In this document: positions 58,606 to 64,000 of the stretch, piece by piece
Layout: each line of letters opens with the position of its first letter
Position numbering within the stretch: the stretch's first letter is position 1
Origin: Candidatus Parcubacteria bacterium
GTDB taxonomy: Bacteria; Patescibacteriota; Minisyncoccia; Phycocordibacterales; JAKFXT01
Direction: 5' to 3'
DNA: 64,000 nucleotides
Assembly (NCBI GenBank): GCA_021414235.1
Contig: JAIOOV010000004.1
Location: 121,091-185,090, forward strand
The notes under the pieces: model-generated
What the model was told of the DNA's origin: nothing
Database searches by the model: none
The model's input: only the letters and a program-made list of their open reading frames with translations
Translations under genes and position numbers: made by a program

Positions 58606-59286
58606 ATGATTTACTTTGAAGGAGTCTCAAAGGAATATCCGACGAGCGGCCGGGTGGTCGACAACGTCACGCTCTCCATCGAGCCTAAAGAGTTCGTTTC
58701 TATAGTCGGGCAGTCGGGCGCGGGTAAGACTACGCTCCTCAAGATGCTCCTTGCGGAGGTGAAGCCTTCCGAAGGATCCGTCTTCTTTGAGTCCACCGAC
58801 ATCCATACGCTCCGAAGGAGCGAGATCAACAATCTCCGCCGCCGCATCGGCACGGTCTTCCAGGATTTTAGGCTTCTGCCGAACCTGACTGCTTACGAGA
58901 ACATCGCTTTCGCCATGGAGGCAGCGGGCCGCACGGACGAGGAGATCGCTACCGACGTCCCGCACGTGCTCGACCTGGTGGACCTCGGCAACAAGATGTG
59001 GAATTTCCCGCATGAGCTCTCTGGCGGGGAGAAGCAGAGGGTGGCGATCGCGCGTGCTATCATCAATCAGCCGGATGTCATCATCGCGGATGAGCCCACG
59101 GGGAACCTCGACCCGGTGAACACGCACGACGTAGTGCAGATCCTCAAGAAGATTAATGACCTTGGTACCACTGTCATTCTGACCACCCACAACAAGGGGG
59201 TGATCGATTCGCTAGGGAAGCGAGTCATCGTCCTTGATAACGGTAAGCTGGTGCGGGACGACAAGCACGGCAAGTACACGATGTAG
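58606..59286 (+). CDS. ftsE: cell-division ABC transporter ATP-binding protein FtsE
   Basis: Walker A GQSGAGKTT, LSGGEKQR signature, Walker B; sits before ftsX. Confidence 0.9.
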   Translation: MIYFEGVSKEYPTSGRVVDNVTLSIEPKEFVSIVGQSGAGKTTLLKMLLAEVKPSEGSVFFESTDIHTLRRSEINNLRRRIGTVFQDFRLLPNLTAYENIAFAMEAAGRTDEEIATDVPHVLDLVDLGNKMWNFPHELSGGEKQRVAIARAIINQPDVIIADEPTGNLDPVNTHDVVQILKKINDLGTTVILTTHNKGVIDSLGKRVIVLDNGKLVRDDKHGKYTM

Positions 59287-59306
59287 CTTTTTGAACTGAT
59301 TCCGCT

Positions 59307-60233
59307 ATGTTTTTCACCAAACTAAAACGCGTTTCTCGGGCAGGTTTCGTCAATTTCTGGCGCAATAGCTATGTCTCCGTAGCTTCGGTCCTGGTGATGA
59401 CCATCACTCTTTTTGTCATCGGCCTCTTACTCTTCGTCGGCGTGGTCCTGAATGCGTCCTTGGCTGAGCTCAAGGACAAGGTGGATATCAACGTCTACTT
59501 CCTGCGTTCTGCCGCAGAGACGGACATCCTGGCGGTGAAGAGCGGGGTAGAGGCCTTGCCTGAGGTGGAGAAGACCGAATACATCTCCCGCGAGCAGGCA
59601 TTGGCAGAATTCCGTGAGCGCCACAAGGATGACCAGCTGACCATTCAGGCACTTGATGAATTGGGCGAGAACCCTCTTGGGGCAGTGATCAACATCAAGG
59701 CGAGGGAGGTTTCCCAGTACGAGGGTATCGCCAAGTTCCTGGAGAGCAAGAATGCACTCTCTCCTGGAGGAACCCAGATAGTAGATAGGATCAACTACGC
59801 TCAGAACAAGCTGGCCATCGAGCGCCTGACTCGTATCATCGATGCTGCTCGTACCCTCGGGCTCACAGTGATCATCATCTTCGGCCTCATTTCCATACTC
59901 ATCACCTTCAATACCATTAGGCTCATCGTGTTCATGTCCCGGGAAGAGATCTCGGTCATGCGCCTGGTGGGAGCCTCCTCCATGTATATCCGCGGTCCTT
60001 TCGTGGTGGAGGGCTTCATGTACGGCGTCATCTCCGGTATCGTCACTCTGCTCATCTTCTGGCCGCTCACGAGCTGGTTGGGGCCCGTCACTGAGAACTT
60101 CTTCAGTGGAGTGAATGTGGCTTCCTACTACTGGCACAACTTCTTCCAGATCCTGCTCATAATCATGGGTTCGGGCATCGGCTTAGGGGTGGTGTCAAGC
60201 TATCTCGCGGTCCGTCGGTACCTTAAAATATAG
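59307..60233 (+). CDS. ftsX: cell-division permease-like protein FtsX
   Basis: N-terminal TM helix, periplasmic domain, 3 C-terminal TM helices; 308 aa. Confidence 0.85.
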   Translation: MFFTKLKRVSRAGFVNFWRNSYVSVASVLVMTITLFVIGLLLFVGVVLNASLAELKDKVDINVYFLRSAAETDILAVKSGVEALPEVEKTEYISREQALAEFRERHKDDQLTIQALDELGENPLGAVINIKAREVSQYEGIAKFLESKNALSPGGTQIVDRINYAQNKLAIERLTRIIDAARTLGLTVIIIFGLISILITFNTIRLIVFMSREEISVMRLVGASSMYIRGPFVVEGFMYGVISGIVTLLIFWPLTSWLGPVTENFFSGVNVASYYWHNFFQILLIIMGSGIGLGVVSSYLAVRRYLKI

Positions 60234-60239
60234 GTACGC

Positions 60240-61961
60240 ATGCGGAAGAAGCATCATAAGTATATTTTCGTAATCGGTGGCGTCATGTCCGGAGTGGGCA
60301 AGGGTATCGCCACCTCTTCCATCGGCAAGATTCTCCAGGCAAAGGGCTTCAATGTGAATCCCATCAAAGTCGACCCGTATTTAAACGTCGACGCAGGCAC
60401 CATGAACCCCACCGAGCACGGTGAGGTTTTTGTTTTGAAGAGCGGGCTTGAGACCGACCAGGACATGGGTAACTACGAGCGCTTCATGGGTCTCTCGCTT
60501 CGCGAGGAGGACTACATCACGAGCGGTATGGTCTATCGCGCAGTGATTGAGCGGGAGCGGAACTTAGGCTATCGCGGCAAGTGCGTGGAGGCGATACCCC
60601 ACATCACCGACGAGATCACTCGTCGTATCGAGAAGGCTGCGGACATGAATGGCTCTAACGTGTCCCTCATCGAAGTGGGTGGTACGGTGGGTGACTATCA
60701 GAACGCGCTCTTCATGGAAGCGGCGCGTGTCTTAAAGGTACGCAATCCCGACGATGTGCTCTTTGTCCTGGTGAGCTATCTCCCTATCCCCAACAAGGTG
60801 GGGGAGATGAAAACCAAGCCCACCCAGAACGCGGTGCGCATGCTCAACTCCTACGGCATCCAGCCGGACTTCATCGTCGCGCGTAGCGAAGTGGCGCTCG
60901 ACAAGAAGCGAAAGGAGAAGATCGCCATCTGGTGCAACGTGCCGGTAGACCGCATCGTCTCGGCTCCCGATGTCGAGAGTATCTATGATGTCCCGCTCAA
61001 CTTTGAGCGCGACAATCTGGGCGATACCATCCTCAAGGCGCTCAAGATCAAGAAATCCGGTCGTAAGCAGAGCGACCTCGTAGAGTGGCAGAAGTTTGTT
61101 ACCAAGATCAAGACGGTGGAGAGCGAGGTGAAGATAGCTATTGTGGGCAAATACTTCGACACGGGTGATTTCGTTCTCTCGGATGCCTATCTCTCGGTGA
61201 TCGAGGCCATCAAATTCTCTGCTTGGCACTTGGGCAAGAAGCCTGTTATTACCTGGCTCAATGCCAAGGATTTTGAGAAAGGGAAGGATCTCTCTGTGCT
61301 CAAGGAGTATGACGGTGTCATCGTGCCGGGCGGTTTCGGCGAAACGGGCATTGAAGGGAAGCTAAACGCCATCCGCTACGTGCGTGAGAACAAGATTCCG
61401 TTCTTTGGGCTCTGCTACGGCATGCAGCTCGCGGTGGTAGAGACTGCCCGCAATATCCTCGGCCTCAAGGATGCGCACACGGTGGAGATAAATCCCAAGA
61501 CCAAGCATCCGGTCATCGACGTGATGCCGGATCAGAAGCAGAAGATTGCGGACAAGAACTATGGCGGCACCATGCGCCTCGGCTCATATCTCGCGGTTCT
61601 CAAGAAGGGCACCATCGCGCACGAAGCCTATGGCAAGGAATTGGTGGAGGAGCGGCATCGCCATCGCTATGAAGTGAACCCTGCCTACGTTGAAAAAATC
61701 GCTTCTTCTGGTATGGTGTTCTCCGGTGTCTCGCCCGACGGAAGACTGATGGAAATCGCGGAATTGCCGCGCGAGATCCACCCCTTCTTCCTTGGTACGC
61801 AGGCGCATCCCGAGCTCCAGGCGCAGCCCTTGAATCCTCACCCACTCTTCACTGAGTTCATCAAGGCATCGATTGCGCACGGGAAGGGGAAAACTGGGAG
61901 CAAGACAGCCAAGGAGAGTGTTAAGGTGGACGTAGTGCAGAAAGAGAAGGTCTACATCTAA
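60240..61961 (+). CDS. pyrG: CTP synthase
   Basis: 573 aa; synthetase domain (YIFVIGGVMSGVGKG) plus GATase (GLCYGMQ). Confidence 0.95.
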   Translation: MRKKHHKYIFVIGGVMSGVGKGIATSSIGKILQAKGFNVNPIKVDPYLNVDAGTMNPTEHGEVFVLKSGLETDQDMGNYERFMGLSLREEDYITSGMVYRAVIERERNLGYRGKCVEAIPHITDEITRRIEKAADMNGSNVSLIEVGGTVGDYQNALFMEAARVLKVRNPDDVLFVLVSYLPIPNKVGEMKTKPTQNAVRMLNSYGIQPDFIVARSEVALDKKRKEKIAIWCNVPVDRIVSAPDVESIYDVPLNFERDNLGDTILKALKIKKSGRKQSDLVEWQKFVTKIKTVESEVKIAIVGKYFDTGDFVLSDAYLSVIEAIKFSAWHLGKKPVITWLNAKDFEKGKDLSVLKEYDGVIVPGGFGETGIEGKLNAIRYVRENKIPFFGLCYGMQLAVVETARNILGLKDAHTVEINPKTKHPVIDVMPDQKQKIADKNYGGTMRLGSYLAVLKKGTIAHEAYGKELVEERHRHRYEVNPAYVEKIASSGMVFSGVSPDGRLMEIAELPREIHPFFLGTQAHPELQAQPLNPHPLFTEFIKASIAHGKGKTGSKTAKESVKVDVVQKEKVYI

Positions 61962-61965
61962 ATAT

Positions 61966-62039
61966 TGGGAGATCGTCTAATGGTAGGACAACGGACTCTG
62001 AATCCGTTAATCTTGGTTCGAGTCCAAGTCTCCCAGCCA
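61966..62039 (+). tRNA. tRNA-Gln (anticodon CUG), CCA encoded
   Basis: TGGGAGA-TC-GTCT-AATGGTA-GGAC-A-ACGGA-CTCTGAA-TCCGT-TAAT-CTTGG-TTCGAGT-CCAAG-TCTCCCA-G-CCA with a U1:A72 pair. Confidence 0.7.
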
Positions 62040-62056
62040 AGGCAGAAGAAGGGAAC

Positions 62057-62791
62057 ATGAAGATAGTTTCTCTAAATACATGGGCAGGAGTGGTAATCGA
62101 TCCTCTCTTGGATTTCTTTCAGAAATACAGAGAGATAGATATCTTCTGTTTACAGGAAATATATAGCAAGGCAGAAGGCAAAGCTGAGCCTCATCCAGAG
62201 CTCGACATGAAGTTGGATTTATTCGAGCGTATTGAGGAACTCTTGAGGGACACCCATTTCGGCTATTTTCGCCCTGCGCACAGGGATTACTATGGTCAGG
62301 CTATTTTCATAAGGAAAAATCTTCTGGTTGAGGAAGAGGGCGATATATTCATTTATGAAAATAAGGACCCAGAGAAACGTGGTGGGCATAGCAGGAATCT
62401 GCAATACATACGTATCGTGCGGGATGACGTACCTGTCGTTGTTGCAAATTTACACGGTCTTTGGAATGGTATGGGCAAGTCTGATACCGAAGATCGGTTA
62501 GAACAGGGTAGGCGTATACGTGATTTTATCGGTCGTTGTTCGGACCAGGTTATCGTTGTGGGCGACTTTAATCTAAATCCCGATACTCAGAGTCTGGCCA
62601 TTGCAGAAGAAGGTATGCGAAACCTTGTTAAGGAGTATGGTATCAGCTCTACTCGCACGAGTTTCTACAAGAAGGAAGGAAAATTCGCAGACTACGCCTT
62701 AGTGTCTCCCAATATTAAGGTCACTGATTTTAGGGTGCTCCCAGAAGAAGTCTCGGATCATGCGGCGCTATATCTAGAGATAGAAGGATAG
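62057..62791 (+). CDS. endonuclease/exonuclease/phosphatase (EEP) family protein
   Basis: EEP motifs (LNTW...CLQE; VVGDFNLNPDT; SDHAALYLE). The region has visibly lower GC than its neighbours. Confidence 0.7.
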   Translation: MKIVSLNTWAGVVIDPLLDFFQKYREIDIFCLQEIYSKAEGKAEPHPELDMKLDLFERIEELLRDTHFGYFRPAHRDYYGQAIFIRKNLLVEEEGDIFIYENKDPEKRGGHSRNLQYIRIVRDDVPVVVANLHGLWNGMGKSDTEDRLEQGRRIRDFIGRCSDQVIVVGDFNLNPDTQSLAIAEEGMRNLVKEYGISSTRTSFYKKEGKFADYALVSPNIKVTDFRVLPEEVSDHAALYLEIEG

Positions 62792-62817
62792 TTAAGAAAG
62801 AAAAAGATTAGATTTTT

Positions 62818-63423
62818 ATGAATGCGCCTCAAGAGATACTGGAAGAGGTAGAAAGGGAATATGAGGAGACTCTAGTGATTCCTGCTGCTAAGCCGTCTCC
62901 TCAGTGGATGCTTATGCCGGTCGGAGTGATAGGGGTCGGGAAGACGACGGTGGTGAAGCCTATCGCGGAGCGTATGGGGTTGGTGCGGGTATCGACGGAC
63001 GATATACGCGAAAGACTTAAGGCCCATGGCTATAGCTACGAAGGAGCTCGGGATATCGCACACAGGATCACTAAGAAGTACCTGAGCCTGGGGTATAGCG
63101 TTGCTATCGATGGCAATACAGGAAGTACCAACGGACTCGAATACAACAAGAAGACCCTGGAAGCGTTTCCGCAGGTGCGGCAGCTATTCATTCATATCAA
63201 TCCTCCTGATGAGTTTGTGGTTAAAAAGCTTAAGAACTATAACCACACGTGGCTTTTTAGAGACGGGGATCATGCAGTCGAGGCTTTTCTCACCAATAAG
63301 AAGAATTTCGTCCTTCCGGATCTTCCTTTCGTCTATACCTTTGATACTTCAAAAGATCTATCTGGTCAGCTTGATGCTGGCATCGAAGTTATCAATACGG
63401 CTCTCAAGTCTCCGGCCATCTGA
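62818..63423 (+). CDS. P-loop kinase (AAA_33/zeta-toxin/polynucleotide-kinase-like)
   Basis: Walker A VGVIGVGKTT and an Asp-containing Walker B-like block; 201 aa; co-oriented with the EEP gene. Confidence 0.55.
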   Translation: MNAPQEILEEVEREYEETLVIPAAKPSPQWMLMPVGVIGVGKTTVVKPIAERMGLVRVSTDDIRERLKAHGYSYEGARDIAHRITKKYLSLGYSVAIDGNTGSTNGLEYNKKTLEAFPQVRQLFIHINPPDEFVVKKLKNYNHTWLFRDGDHAVEAFLTNKKNFVLPDLPFVYTFDTSKDLSGQLDAGIEVINTALKSPAI

Positions 63424-63487
63424 TGCGGGGTTGTCCTCATCTGAGCGTTTGCTACGGGCAACTCTCCGATATAATTAGGGCAAAGCT

Positions 63488-64000
63488 ATGAACAAGCATA
63501 TTGCTGCAGTACTCTGCTGTGCGATCATCTTTTCCATCATTCCGGGTGTCGTAGGCGCTCAGGCTACAGAGAAGACTCCTAGGAAATACGACAAGCTCCT
63601 TACTGCGGTAGAGAGCTTTGCCAGACTCAACGCGCAGATTGAAATCCGTGAGCGTGAGTTCAAGATACTGGCCCCTTTCGTGAACGAGGTCATCATCTAT
63701 GCGGATCAGCTGAAAGGAGTGTGCGATCCTAAATGCCTCAAGTCCGTCAATAACTATCGTCCCAAGCTCTACAAATCCCTGGAAGCCCTCTCGGAGTCGA
63801 ATCGCCGGTATCGGGCGCTCGTGCCGAACATCACCGAGCGGAACGCATTTCTTATGGCCGAGATAAAAGGGGTTGGGTACCGCTCGACGGAGCAAGAGAA
63901 AGAGAAGGCGATAATCTCCCTCAACCGACTGGATCTCGAAAGCCTGTATCACTACCGGGCCTACGCGAGTACGTACAAAAGCGCGGATAAGGCGATGCTT
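63488..64000 (+). CDS. secreted hypothetical protein (3' end outside window)
   Basis: Open frame from the ATG at 63488 to the window edge; N-terminal signal peptide MNKHIAAVLCCAIIFSIIPGVVGAQA. Not in the supplied ORF track, probably because no stop is reached. Confidence 0.4.
   Translation, partial: MNKHIAAVLCCAIIFSIIPGVVGAQATEKTPRKYDKLLTAVESFARLNAQIEIREREFKILAPFVNEVIIYADQLKGVCDPKCLKSVNNYRPKLYKSLEALSESNRRYRALVPNITERNAFLMAEIKGVGYRSTEQEKEKAIISLNRLDLESLYHYRAYASTYKSADKAML

Noticed and set aside
63452-63952. 166-aa minus-strand ORF
   Set aside because: Antisense to a + strand frame that starts with a clear signal peptide at 63488 and stays open to the window edge; the + frame is the more plausible gene.

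Overview
High-GC (~60%) bacterial window that looks like a Candidate Phyla Radiation (Patescibacteria) genome: r-protein extensions, no L30, GatCAB, short RF2, and a type IV pilus/competence cluster. The first third is the conserved str-S10-spc ribosomal superoperon on the + strand (ssb' - rpsR | rpsL rpsG fusA tuf rpsJ rplC rplD rplW rplB rpsS rplV rpsC rplP rpmC rpsQ rplN rplX rplE rpsZ rpsH rplF rplR rpsE rplO secY adk map). After map it runs directly into a 928-aa FtsK/HerA/TraG-type (type IV secretion-like) ATPase instead of the usual infA-rpmJ-rpsM-rpsK-rpsD-rpoA-rplQ genes. Downstream are ndk, a beta-CASP RNase, the rplT-rpmI-infC operon (minus), speH, tmRNA plus smpB, ftsH, recG, an ECF sigma/anti-sigma module next to a DUF5666 secreted protein, and folD. 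A complete type IV pilus/competence cluster follows (comFC | pilM pilN pilO pilB REC pilT pilC pilA pilD and four minor pilins). The rest of the window carries ligA, gatCA, a membrane HEPN-like protein, a low-GC patch with an HTH/LAGLIDADG-like ORF, an ABC-F ATPase, a tRNA cluster that includes a tRNA-Asp interrupted by a 204-nt group I intron, prfB, ftsEX, pyrG, and a low-GC EEP-nuclease plus P-loop kinase islet beside tRNA-Gln. I found eleven tRNA genes or elements and one tmRNA by eye; no CRISPR array is present.
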